DNA of 64,000 nucleotides from a candidate division FCPU426 bacterium (lineage in GTDB: Bacteria > Oederibacteriota > Muellerivitia > Muellerivitales > Muellerivitaceae). The stretch spans positions 25,290-89,289 of the forward strand of contig CAWKAR010000023.1 in assembly GCA_963847625.1 (NCBI GenBank). Reading direction: 5' to 3'. The translations under genes and the position numbers were made by a program. Positions 17,809 to 30,256 of this stretch are shown here, one piece after another (positions within the stretch are counted from its first letter, which is position 1; each line of letters begins with the position of its first letter). The notes beneath the pieces were generated by a model that saw only the letters and a program-made list of their open reading frames with translations, was not told the origin of the DNA and searched no databases.

Positions 17809-18235
17809 ATTTTTCAACTATCCCTAAATTTTTATAAATTGTAGTGTGTGATCCTTTTCCTTTTTTTGTTCTTTTAATTCCATTTGGGTCTTTTTCTTTA
17901 GCCCATCTTTTTAAAGTTCCGGCGATGGTTCCCATCCTCACTTCATGTCCATTTTTTAAAAGTGCATCATGAACGTTTATCTTAGTAATCCTCACAATAC
18001 CCATATTTTTAACGGTTTTTTTAATGATTTCCTTGATCTCTCCGTGTTCTCTTCCGTTTTTTGGGTGATTTGCGCCCTTTTTTAAAAAAACAAATTCAGG
18101 CATCGGAATAATAAAATCTTTTCTGTCCTTATCAAAAAGTTCATTTAGATTTTGAATTTTGGAGTTTAGTTCTTGAACGTTATATTTTTGGTATAGATCA
18201 TTCAGTAGTTTGGAATAATCGTCTTTAAACTTCAT
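17807..18235 (-). CDS. Hypothetical basic protein, possible C-terminal winged helix
   Basis: AAGGA RBS before ATG 18235; ITKINVHDAL...GTIAGTLKRW resembles a wHTH. Confidence 0.5.
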   Translation of the reverse strand: MKFKDDYSKLLNDLYQKYNVQELNSKIQNLNELFDKDRKDFIIPMPEFVFLKKGANHPKNGREHGEIKEIIKKTVKNMGIVRITKINVHDALLKNGHEVRMGTIAGTLKRWAKEKDPNGIKRTKKGKGSHTTIYKNLGIVEK

Positions 18236-18773
18236 GTTACACATCCTTCGAGTGATTAAACTAATTTTACTATTATGTTCAGAGATGATACAAGCCAAAA
18301 ATGTAATTAGTGCGATTTATTTACCCAATGGCTTACACAATGGTTTTTGTATGCCTTTCTCTTGTACAATCTCTTGTCATACAAAAGCAAAGCGTGAATT
18401 ATCTAATTTCTCTTTGTTTTCAATGGTTTTAGATGATTTTTGTCCTACAAAGCATTGAGTATTTTGCATGTATTTAGGTATGAAAAAGGAGGGGTTGAAC
18501 GGCTCTAAAGGAAAAACGTTAATACAATTACCGCAAAGAGCAAATTCATATTTTACTAATGAGGCTGATTTAAAGGGAATTTTTAGGTTTAACGATATTC
18601 ATTAGAGTGAATTAGGACAGGACCATTATCAAGATGCCAGGTATTTGAAAACGGCTTATTTATGTGGGTTTTGACGGCTTTATTGACTGAAGGTGCCGAC
18701 GGTTGAAGGGAGTATTCCGGCCGCTTGGAAATGATCTTTTAGGCGAGACGGGTTAATGGTGCATCAAGAACGA

Positions 18774-19817
18774 TCATGATTCTTTAGTTTGGTTCATTAA
18801 AAAACTTCTCATGGTGTCCAGATACAGGGCAGTGGAAACGGCCAAGGGGAGCAGAAAAAAAACGAACCGGAACAGCAGGGCGGCCACCATCGCCTTCTCA
18901 AATCCCACTCCCAGCAGGGAGAAAGCCCCGGCGAGGGCGACCTCGCTGATTCCCAGACCCGCCGGTACGGGGTTGATGTTGGAGGTCAGGAAAAAAATGG
19001 TGAACCCCACCATGAGCAGACCTAGAGGCAGATCCACCCCCACGGCCCGGAAGCAGAAGTAAAGGACCAGTGCCGTGAAACACCAGTCCATCGAAACCCA
19101 GAAAAGAACCACCAAAAGTTGGAGTTTCCCCCGGTGGAAATATCGGATGGTGGCGTCCAGGTTGTTCCTGATTTCAACGAGCCTCTGGTTGTTCGATTCG
19201 CGCCGGAGAATCCTGTGGTTGATCCAATGGCCGATCCGAAGCACTTGGCGCAGGAACCACCTGCGGAAGGTCCCGTTGACGAAGATGAGGATCATGGTCC
19301 CCACCAGCAGAACAAGTCCCAGCATGAACAATAGGATGATGTATTCCCGGGAGCCCCCGATAAACTCTGGATGTTGCCGGAGAAATAAGAGTCCGCCGAA
19401 ACAAACACCGGAAAGCACCAGGTTAAAAATCATGTTTTGCGCGAAAGACAGGGGGACTGTGACGGAAAACGGGATCTTATGCTGTTTCAACAGGAAGGAA
19501 CGCAGGGCGATGCCCGCCCAGCCGCCGGAGGAAATGATGAAATTGATGGTCGCGGAAATGAACATGATGGAAAAAAATCTTCCGAACGGCACCCGGTAAG
19601 GCGTCATCTCGAAAAGGCTGCTGAAGGAAAGTGTGAAAGCCAGGTAAGCGGTAAAGGTGCAAAGCAGTGAAAAAAGAAGTGGCTCCATTTTAATCGCATG
19701 GAAAACCGCCACGAGTTTTGGAAAATCGCTGAAAATAGCCGTGACGAGTCCCAGAACCATGATGCCCGCAACAAAAAGAGACAGAACTACCAAAAATTTT
19801 CGGTTGGGTTGGCTCAC
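18774..19817 (-). CDS. Lysylphosphatidylglycerol synthase TM-domain (UPF0104/flippase-like) membrane protein
   Basis: Multi-TM; PVPAGLGISE, AALLFRFVFFLLP. Confidence 0.8.
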   Translation of the reverse strand: MSQPNRKFLVVLSLFVAGIMVLGLVTAIFSDFPKLVAVFHAIKMEPLLFSLLCTFTAYLAFTLSFSSLFEMTPYRVPFGRFFSIMFISATINFIISSGGWAGIALRSFLLKQHKIPFSVTVPLSFAQNMIFNLVLSGVCFGGLLFLRQHPEFIGGSREYIILLFMLGLVLLVGTMILIFVNGTFRRWFLRQVLRIGHWINHRILRRESNNQRLVEIRNNLDATIRYFHRGKLQLLVVLFWVSMDWCFTALVLYFCFRAVGVDLPLGLLMVGFTIFFLTSNINPVPAGLGISEVALAGAFSLLGVGFEKAMVAALLFRFVFFLLPLAVSTALYLDTMRSFLMNQTKES

Positions 19818-19853
19818 TTCATTCCTTCGTTTTTAAGCACACTAACTACAAAT

Positions 19854-19879
19854 AAAAAAACCCTGTTGGATCAGGGTTT
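19854..19879 (-). terminator. Terminator after the kinase-like gene
   Basis: AAACCCTG/CAGGGTTT stem plus A-run. Confidence 0.6.
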
Positions 19880-19909
19880 CAGTTTTAAAATCAAATGAGA
19901 ATCAGGGAA

Positions 19910-22900
19910 TTATTCAATCAAATCCCCATCGCCTTCCTTGTTTAAATCCTTCACGATCGGCTTATTGGCATTTAACCCCCCCGGGGGCATAGGGAGTTTG
20001 GGAGGAGAGGGAGCCGTATCCAACTTAACGGAATCAACCGTATCCATATCTAAAATACCTTTAGGGGGAGTCGTTGTCTTTAAATCCGTTGGAACCACAT
20101 TGGGCGGGGGAGGCGGTGGAACAGGCTTGGGAGCGGCCGGGGGTGGGGTACTGGATCTGCCGGCCTGTGGGGATATGCCTTTATTTCCCAAAAGAGAGTC
20201 CAAAACATTCGAGATGCTTGAAGGAGGTTTGGGCGGGGTAAGGCCTGGACCCGCCGGGGGCTTTGCGATTCCTAGGGGAGCCGAAACCGGGGCGACCGGG
20301 GGTGGAGACGGCTTGGGAGTTGCAGGGGGCTGAACCGATGGCGGACTCATAGGAGAAGACGCCGGCGTTGGTTTTGGAATCGAGACAGTTGGCGGGGAAA
20401 CCTTTCCAATCCCTGCAAATATGTCGGAAAGCCCCGAACTTTCTTCTTTAGGGGGGACGCCAGCCGGTTTTTGGGGTTGGGCTGTCACTAGCGGCGTTTT
20501 TCCTGCTAAAAAAGATTCCATGGTTCCGCCACCCGCTGGTTTGGGAATAATCGCCGGAGATCCAGGTACAGCACCCGTGGAAGCCGGAGGTCTTGACGCG
20601 GCAAGGGATGGGAAAATTGCCCCTGGCCGGGTTACTCCCATTCCTGGACCCATGGGCGACTTGGGAGTCACGGCGGGGGCCGCGCTGGAAGGTTTTGCGG
20701 TTGGAGGGGATGTAAAAGGGGCTGAAACAGGGGTCTCGCCGGTTTTTTTAATCTTGGTGGGAAAAGTCAGGATGAGGCGGGTTCCAGGATCGCCTTTTTC
20801 AGCAACCGCCCCGCCGCCATGAGCTCCGAGAATGGTTTTAACCAGAGCGAATTTCAGGCCCGTCCCGGCCAGTTGGGCCGAGGCCGGGTGTTTCGGATCG
20901 TAAAATTCGTCAAAGAGTTTCGGCAGCTTATCCGGGGCAACGATCAAACCCGGATCGGGAAAGGTGACCTTCATGTTATCCCCGATGGATTCCACCGTAA
21001 TGGGAATAACCGATCCCCTGGGAGCGTCTTTAATAACTTGCAGATAAAGGATATTCCAAAGCTGGTTAAAGCGCCTGCGTACGATCGGGACATTGGGGAG
21101 GTTGGGTTTGGCCTCCACCCTCAGCTTGAGGTTCTTCACTTCAGCCTGGGCCTGGAAATTGAAGGCCAGACTCTCGATTTCAGCGGCCAAGTTGACTTCT
21201 TCCCTTTTGGCATCCTCCATTTCCACCTCGACTTGGTATACGTCTAATAGATCGTTGATAAATTTTTCCAGGCGAGCGGACCGGTTGATGACCATGCCGA
21301 GGAATTCTTGTTGCTTCTCGCTGATTCCTCCCTGGGGAGATCCCAGGGCGGAGGAAACATAACCTTTGATAATACCCAGGGTGGTTTTGAATTCCTCGGA
21401 CATGGTTCGGATGGCGGCCGCCCTTACTTGTGAAACTTGGATGGCGGAGGAAACCGAAACCGCCTGCAGAAGCTTGGCCTCCATTTCATTGAGTTTGGCC
21501 TGCGAGTCAGTGATCTTTTTCTGAAGTTCTGTTTTTTCCTGCTCGGCCGAGGCGATTTGGCCCTTGAATTTCGAGTTGTCGTTCTTGGTTTGCTCGACCT
21601 GGTTGCGAAGGCCCTCGGACATATTCTTCAAGGCGTCGAGTTCCTTCAATTTATCGCTCAGTTGCTGGTTTTTTTCGTTGAGTTCATTGCGAGTCGATTG
21701 GGCTTGCTGCTGGGCCGTCGCTACTTGGGATGCAGCCTCCTTGGTTTTCTCATCCACTTGGACGCGCGCTCTGTGAAGGGCTTCTTCCTTTTCCTGGTTG
21801 ATTTGACTTTTTTCCTTTTCCGACTTCACCATCAAAAGGGAGGCGGATTGGACGATCTGCCCCACCTCATCGTTTCCGAAAGACTTCACCGATTCGGCAG
21901 AGAGTACCCCGCTCCCCTGGGAGGCGTTCAGGATGAGGCCGGAGGCTTTTCTCAGGGGTTTCAAGATCAAACCAAAACAAAGTGCTCCAACGATGAAAAT
22001 CCATCCCAGGAGGACGGCCATGGCGATCACCAACCCCATTCCCGCGGGCGACTGGAAAAATTGCGGAAGGTTTTCCAAGGAAGGTTGGGCAGAGGGCTTG
22101 GCTGCCGGCTCGGGGGGTTGTAAGACGGTAAATGGGACTGTGTGGACGATGCCGAATTTTCCAAATCCCATTGGCGCGTAAACCGCCGCGGCCAGGGGAG
22201 GGTTCAAGGAGGCGCCGGACTTGCCGTCGCTTAGCTCGGACAAAACCTTGTTCAGCCAAGACTCTTGGTTGCTATTAAAAGTCTCGGAAAGTTTGGAAGG
22301 GTTGGAATGGTAAAAATACCGCCCCGATCCCGCGTCCAAGAGAAAGATTTCCCCGCTCTTGGTGTCCATGTCCCTGAAAAAAGTCCCTAAGTTAAAGACA
22401 ACGACCAGGACCGAGTTTGAAGGAAGCGGAAGCGCGAAAATAAACGCCGGGTAGCCGAGCCGTTGGGTATAAAACTGGTAGGTTTCCCCGGGCTTGCTCT
22501 TAAACCTCTCAAGAATATTCTTGAATTCGTCGGAACTGCCGAAATTGGAATCAACCAAGGCTGGGTTCGCGGGAAGGCTTTTTTGCACCACGCCCGAGGG
22601 CGACATCACCACGATTCCCATGACCCCCGGATGAGAAGTTTTGAAAGTGGACAGGTCGGCATCCGAACTGTGGACGGCCAAACTTCCGATGTCGTCGTGG
22701 GTTTTCTTAATTCCGTTGAATAAAGATGAAGCGATGGTTTGGACTTCGGCCTGAAGCGAATTGATGGTGGTTTGAACCGCGGGGCTGTTGACAGAAGGGG
22801 TCTGAGGTATCTGGGAAGGGCCCTGGTTAAAAAGCGTCCAAAGATAAAAACCCGCCAAAGCAAAAACCGGCAGGATGCCGATAAAGATAAGGGTCAGCCA

Positions 22901-22915
22901 ATACTTACTTTTCAC
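19910..22915 (-). CDS. Degenerate sensor histidine kinase-like protein (Cache-like sensor, HAMP, coiled coil, HisKA/HATPase, Pro-rich tail)
   Basis: Two TMs, NDEVGQI HAMP, MSEEFKTTL (H-box His absent), LFDEFY, GTGLKF; about 270-aa P/S/A/G-rich tail. Confidence 0.75.
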   Translation of the reverse strand: MKSKYWLTLIFIGILPVFALAGFYLWTLFNQGPSQIPQTPSVNSPAVQTTINSLQAEVQTIASSLFNGIKKTHDDIGSLAVHSSDADLSTFKTSHPGVMGIVVMSPSGVVQKSLPANPALVDSNFGSSDEFKNILERFKSKPGETYQFYTQRLGYPAFIFALPLPSNSVLVVVFNLGTFFRDMDTKSGEIFLLDAGSGRYFYHSNPSKLSETFNSNQESWLNKVLSELSDGKSGASLNPPLAAAVYAPMGFGKFGIVHTVPFTVLQPPEPAAKPSAQPSLENLPQFFQSPAGMGLVIAMAVLLGWIFIVGALCFGLILKPLRKASGLILNASQGSGVLSAESVKSFGNDEVGQIVQSASLLMVKSEKEKSQINQEKEEALHRARVQVDEKTKEAASQVATAQQQAQSTRNELNEKNQQLSDKLKELDALKNMSEGLRNQVEQTKNDNSKFKGQIASAEQEKTELQKKITDSQAKLNEMEAKLLQAVSVSSAIQVSQVRAAAIRTMSEEFKTTLGIIKGYVSSALGSPQGGISEKQQEFLGMVINRSARLEKFINDLLDVYQVEVEMEDAKREEVNLAAEIESLAFNFQAQAEVKNLKLRVEAKPNLPNVPIVRRRFNQLWNILYLQVIKDAPRGSVIPITVESIGDNMKVTFPDPGLIVAPDKLPKLFDEFYDPKHPASAQLAGTGLKFALVKTILGAHGGGAVAEKGDPGTRLILTFPTKIKKTGETPVSAPFTSPPTAKPSSAAPAVTPKSPMGPGMGVTRPGAIFPSLAASRPPASTGAVPGSPAIIPKPAGGGTMESFLAGKTPLVTAQPQKPAGVPPKEESSGLSDIFAGIGKVSPPTVSIPKPTPASSPMSPPSVQPPATPKPSPPPVAPVSAPLGIAKPPAGPGLTPPKPPSSISNVLDSLLGNKGISPQAGRSSTPPPAAPKPVPPPPPPNVVPTDLKTTTPPKGILDMDTVDSVKLDTAPSPPKLPMPPGGLNANKPIVKDLNKEGDGDLIE

Positions 22916-25478
22916 CGGCTTCTTCTCCTTCTTCTTCCTCTTTGGGCACGTTCACAACGGAAACCAGACGGTCGTCCTCGGTCATTTTAATCAAACGGAC
23001 GCCCTGCGCCAACCTTCCCGTTGTCTTGATTTCCTTGACTCTTTGACGAATCACCTTGCCCGAGGCCGTCATGGCGATAATTTCGTCCTCGTCACCGACC
23101 GTGAGGGTCCCAATCGCCAAGCCGTTTTTGGCCGTAGTTTTGATGTTCAGGATGCCTTTCCCGCCCCTTCCCTGGCGGCGGTAGGCGGAAAGTTTGGTCC
23201 TCTTCCCGAAACCCCTTTCTGTGGCGGTCAAGAGAGACATTCCTTCTTTCATCACTTCCATGCTGATCACCAGGTCGTTTTTCCCAAGCCGTATTCCCTT
23301 GACTCCCTTGCCCGCTCGGCCCACTTCCCGGACCTCTTTTTCATGAAAACGGATGCTTTTACCCTGTCGGGTTGCCAAAAGGATTTCCTTTTTGCCGTCG
23401 GTAATCTCGGCAGATACCAAGCTGTCACCCTTGGAGAGCGTAATGGCGATAATACCCCCGGCCCTGGGTTTATCAAAGGCGGAAAGAGAGGTGTTTTTAA
23501 TGAGGCCCTGGGCCGTGGCCATCAGCACGGCGTTTTTCTCGTTGAATTCCTTTACCGGAAGCACCGTGGCGATCTTCTCGTTCTCCCCAAGCTTCAAGAC
23601 ATTAGCCAGAGCGGTCCCCTTGGCGTAACGGGACGCCTCAGGTATCTCATAAACCTTTAACCAGTGCACCTTGCCGAAGTTGGTGAAGATGAGGAGAAAT
23701 TCGTGGGTTGAGGCGGCGTACATACGCTCGATGAAATCCTCTTCCTTCATGGTGGAGCCTGTGATTCCCTTCCCTCCGCGACGTTGTTTTTGGTAAGTAT
23801 CCACCGGCATGCGCTTGATGTAGCCTGTGTGGGATAAGGTGATGACGGACTTCTCGTCTTCGATCAAATCCTCAATCTTCATGTCCTCAGCCTTTCCGAT
23901 GATTTCAGAACGGCGCGGATCGGCATACTTGGTTTTGATCTCAATTAATTCATCTTTGATGACCTGCCAAAGTTTCTTTTCAGAGGAGAGTATTCCCTTC
24001 AATACCTCGATGGTCTTGATGATTTCCTTGTATTCATCCTCGATTTTCTTGATTTCAAGATTGGTCAACTGCCGCAATTGCATCTCTAGGATGGCCTGGG
24101 CCTGGATGGGTGAAAGGTCGAAATTCTTGATGAGGGCGGTTTTGGCGTCCTCAGCAGATTTTGAGGCCCGGATAGTTTTAATGACTTTGTCAAGATTGTC
24201 GACCGCGATGCGAAGCCCTTCCAGGATGTGCGCGCGCTTTTCCGCCTTATCCAGCTCAAAGCGGGTCCGGCGCACGACGACGTCTTTGCGGTGTTCCAGG
24301 TAATGATGCAGGAGGCCCTTGAGGTTCAAAACCCGCGGCTGGCCGTTGACCAAAGCCAGCATGATGACGCCGAAAGAGGTTCTTAAGGAAGTTTGGGTGA
24401 GTAGGTTGTTCAGAAGCACCTGGGAATTGACGCTTTTAGAAATTTCCATGACGATGCGCATGCCATCCCGGTCGGATTCGTCACGAAGATCTGAAATTCC
24501 CTCGATCTTTTTATCCCGGACCATCTCCGCGATTCTCTCAATGAGTTGGGCTTTGTTAACCTGGTAGGGTATCTCGCTGATGATGATTCTCTCCCGGTCT
24601 TTCTTTCCCGTTTCGATCCCAGCCTTGGCCTGTAGGTGGATGCTTCCCCTCCCGGTGGTATAGGCTTCCACAAGGCCTTCGCGGCCCAGGATATAGCCTC
24701 CCGTTGGGAAGTCCGGCCCTTTGATGAAGTGGATTAATTCCTTAACGGTGGCTTCCGGGTTCTCGATCAAATGGATGAGGCCGTCGATCACTTCCCCCAG
24801 GTTGTGAGGAGGAACGTTGGTGGCCATCCCGACGGCGATGCCTTGGCTCCCATTCACCAGGAAGTTCGGGAAAGCGCAAGGGAGAACAACGGGTTCCATG
24901 CGGGTGTTATCGTAGTTGGGCACGAAATTGACGGTGTCTTTGTCGATGTCCTTAAGAAGTTCCTCGGCCAAGGGTGACATGCGTACTTCGGTGTAACGCT
25001 CGGCTGCCGGAGGATCCCCGTCAATGGAGCCAAAATTTCCCTGCCCATCTACAAGGGGATAGCGCATAGAGAAATCCTGCGCGAGACGCACGATCGTGTC
25101 GTATACGGACGCGGTGCCGTGAGGATGGTAATTACCGGTGACATCGCCAGTGACTTTAGCGGATTTACGGTAAGGTTTTCGAGAAGTCAGTCCCAGGTCG
25201 TGCATGCCCATGAAGACACGCCGGTGAACAGGTTTTAAGCCATCGCGAACATCCGGAAGGGCGCGTCCAACAATAACGCTCATGGCATAATCGAGGTAGG
25301 AATTCTCCATCTCTTCTTCGATTTCCGTCGGATGCACACGTCCCCGGTTGGCGTCATCACCCCCCCGGGTTGGCGCCAGGGGAGGTTTTTCCACCGGGAT
25401 GACCGGTTCATTGGCGTTTTCGTCGAATAGTTCAGGTTCCTGGGTTTTACTTTCTTTTTTCTTCCGAGGCCTGGCCAT
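22905..25478 (-). CDS. gyrA: DNA gyrase subunit A
   Basis: RALPDVRDGLKPVHRR, PAAERYTE, GyrA box QRRGGKG. Confidence 0.98.
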   Translation of the reverse strand: MARPRKKKESKTQEPELFDENANEPVIPVEKPPLAPTRGGDDANRGRVHPTEIEEEMENSYLDYAMSVIVGRALPDVRDGLKPVHRRVFMGMHDLGLTSRKPYRKSAKVTGDVTGNYHPHGTASVYDTIVRLAQDFSMRYPLVDGQGNFGSIDGDPPAAERYTEVRMSPLAEELLKDIDKDTVNFVPNYDNTRMEPVVLPCAFPNFLVNGSQGIAVGMATNVPPHNLGEVIDGLIHLIENPEATVKELIHFIKGPDFPTGGYILGREGLVEAYTTGRGSIHLQAKAGIETGKKDRERIIISEIPYQVNKAQLIERIAEMVRDKKIEGISDLRDESDRDGMRIVMEISKSVNSQVLLNNLLTQTSLRTSFGVIMLALVNGQPRVLNLKGLLHHYLEHRKDVVVRRTRFELDKAEKRAHILEGLRIAVDNLDKVIKTIRASKSAEDAKTALIKNFDLSPIQAQAILEMQLRQLTNLEIKKIEDEYKEIIKTIEVLKGILSSEKKLWQVIKDELIEIKTKYADPRRSEIIGKAEDMKIEDLIEDEKSVITLSHTGYIKRMPVDTYQKQRRGGKGITGSTMKEEDFIERMYAASTHEFLLIFTNFGKVHWLKVYEIPEASRYAKGTALANVLKLGENEKIATVLPVKEFNEKNAVLMATAQGLIKNTSLSAFDKPRAGGIIAITLSKGDSLVSAEITDGKKEILLATRQGKSIRFHEKEVREVGRAGKGVKGIRLGKNDLVISMEVMKEGMSLLTATERGFGKRTKLSAYRRQGRGGKGILNIKTTAKNGLAIGTLTVGDEDEIIAMTASGKVIRQRVKEIKTTGRLAQGVRLIKMTEDDRLVSVVNVPKEEEEGEEAGEK

Positions 25479-25556
25479 TTCTTTCCTTTAAAAATAAAAA
25501 TTTATGGTTGAAAACCAGGAGTTCTTTATTTCAAACTCCCCGCTTCAATTAGTTTA

Positions 25557-28160
<2,604 letters not shown>

Positions 28161-28171
28161 TTATTGAAAAA

Positions 28172-28498
28172 TCAATTTAATTTACGATTGGCTAAAATCA
28201 AAGAAAGATTCTTGATGCCCATGGATGGTAAGTTTTTTTGTAGTTCCTGAAGAAACTCCGTTTTTCGGAAACTTAATTCGTTCATCCAGATGGAATGGGT
28301 AAATTCCATTTGAACGGTTGAACCCTTTAAGATCGCTCGGATAAAACCTTTAGAAAAAGCCGCTCCTAGCAGTTCCCGACACTTGTTTTCCAATTTGTGC
28401 CTTTCGTAATCGCCTTTCACCCCAAGTTGTTGAAGAGCGCCTTCTAAAAGCTCGCTGATTTCAACCAAGCCTTGCCGAGATTTTTTCCGGCGCCTCAT
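28172..28498 (-). CDS. DUF721/DciA-like protein
   Basis: Position between recF and gyrB; HSIWMNELSFRK.EFL motif. Confidence 0.7.
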   Translation of the reverse strand: MRRRKKSRQGLVEISELLEGALQQLGVKGDYERHKLENKCRELLGAAFSKGFIRAILKGSTVQMEFTHSIWMNELSFRKTEFLQELQKNLPSMGIKNLSLILANRKLN

Positions 28499-28663
28499 CT
28501 TAAACCTTTCTTGTGTTGGAGTCGGAAACCGGTTTTTACTAACCGATTTGATTCCTTATTACGTCATTCTAAGATAAATGAATTTGCCATTAAAACTTTC
28601 CCTTTGCGAGTTTCACGGTATTACGTTTTCTTACAAAATTTCTTGACTATGCTTTTTTCTTTT

Positions 28664-29776
28664 CTAAGATCCGACTTTCTTTAAATCAACCTTGCCGCCC
28701 TCTACACTGAAAATCCGAGCAATGTTTATAGCCATCCTGAAATCATTCGGTGATGTTCCAGTTAAAATAGCTTGTCCTTCTTGTAAAAGACGGTTTAAAA
28801 AAAATTCCTGTCTTTTTTGATCCAACTCCGCCATGACATCATCAAACAAAATCAAAGGCGCCGTATGGCAACCTTCCGCTAGGACGGATAATTGCGAAAG
28901 CTTTAAGGCAAGAGCCCCGGTACGTTGTTGTCCTTGGCTGCCGTATCGCGCCAGGGAATGCCCGTTCAACCAAAAACCCAAATCATCCCGATGGGGACCC
29001 GCTATGGTTAAACCCCTCGCTATATCTTCTCTTCTGGCTTCAAGAAGAGCTTTAGCGATTTTTTCGTTCAAAAGTTCTCTTGATCCTTCCATCTCAAGAC
29101 AGGGTTCATAACATATTTCGAAATGTTCTGAACCGCCTGTTAAATCCTTAAGGGCTTGTTGGGCAAAAAAGGACAATCGGCTTGCCACTTCCGCCCTCTT
29201 TTCCATCAATACCGCGCCATGCTCCGCCAAAGGCTCATCCCAAGCTGTTAATTGGTTTTCCAACCGGGGAACCCTCTGCCGCAAGAGGGAATTACGTTGT
29301 TTCAATGCCCTTTCATATTTTTGCAAGTGGACCCGATAGGCTTGGTCAAGCTGTAAAATCGCCATATCCAAGTATCTACGGCGGGAAGCGGACCCGCCCT
29401 TCACCAAAAGCAAATCATCCGGCGAAAAAACAACAGAAGGGAGCCGCCCCAGGAGAGATGAAAGCCTTTGTTGTTTTTTTCCGTTAAGAAAAAGGGTTTT
29501 ATTTTTTCCCTTTCTAATTTCCAGTCTTATTTGCTCTTGACCTTCCTCCCGGTATAGAGTTCCCTCTACAGATCCTTCTTCCTGGTTCAATTGAACCACC
29601 TGTTCGTCGTCAGCTACCCGAAAGGAACGAGCGGTAGAAAGAAAATAAAGAGCTTCAAGGATGTTGGTTTTTCCCTGGGCATTTGCCCCCAACAGGAGAT
29701 TTAAGTGCGGGTGAAATGACACCTCCAAAGATTCGTAATTACGAAAGTGAAAGAGTCGTAAAGAGTCAACATGCAC
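28664..29776 (-). CDS. recF: DNA replication/repair protein RecF
   Basis: FRNY, GANAQGKTNILEA, GPHRDD, GSQGQQR, DDVMAELD. Confidence 0.97.
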   Translation of the reverse strand: MHVDSLRLFHFRNYESLEVSFHPHLNLLLGANAQGKTNILEALYFLSTARSFRVADDEQVVQLNQEEGSVEGTLYREEGQEQIRLEIRKGKNKTLFLNGKKQQRLSSLLGRLPSVVFSPDDLLLVKGGSASRRRYLDMAILQLDQAYRVHLQKYERALKQRNSLLRQRVPRLENQLTAWDEPLAEHGAVLMEKRAEVASRLSFFAQQALKDLTGGSEHFEICYEPCLEMEGSRELLNEKIAKALLEARREDIARGLTIAGPHRDDLGFWLNGHSLARYGSQGQQRTGALALKLSQLSVLAEGCHTAPLILFDDVMAELDQKRQEFFLNRLLQEGQAILTGTSPNDFRMAINIARIFSVEGGKVDLKKVGS

Positions 29777-30177
29777 CCATCTACCTCAATTAGAAAAATA
29801 ATTCCTCAATGAATCTTTTTAGGCTCCAAAATACGTTAATCTTAAATTCATCGTTCTAGAGCAAATCTGTTCGGTAAAACCTATTTCTGATAGGTTTTGC
29901 CCAATAAAACAACTTAGTTTGGGTCTTTAACCACTGGCAATGTTTAATTTAAGGCCTTAATTTAAATAACATTCTCTTCTTTATGAATCCTCTTAATCAC
30001 GGTTTTACCTACATGTGGGGCTTTAAAAAACCCTAAAAAGTAAGGTTATTATAATCGCTGGGGGCTTGAAATACCTGTATTTTAAACGAAAAAAAAGGGC
30101 CTATCTTAAAAATAGCACAATATATTATACAAATTATTTATATACCATTTTAGTCATCCTCAGTCCCTAATCTCAAT

Positions 30178-30193
30178 TGTTCCACATGGAACA
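30178..30193. promoter_or_regulatory. parS site
   Basis: TGTTCCACATGGAACA, near-palindrome matching the parS consensus TGTTNCACGTGAAACA. Confidence 0.75.
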
Positions 30194-30256
30194 TAACCTA
30201 CAGAAACCAATTCCCATTGAATAAGAGGTGTTAACTTAAAATTATCTTTTAGGTCC

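Larger units (their letters stand above)
15059..18624. mobile_element. IS1-family cargo-carrying transposable element, 3566 bp
   Basis: TIRs GGTGCTGTCCTAATT (15059-15073) and GGTCCTGTCCTAATT (reverse complement of 18610-18624); 8-bp TSD ATTATCAA at 15051-15058 and 18625-18632; AT-rich; internal IS1-type transposase. Confidence 0.85.

Noticed and set aside
17605..17844. 79-aa plus-strand ORF
   Set aside because: No RBS, runs through a strong terminator and overlaps structured RNAs and the opposite gene
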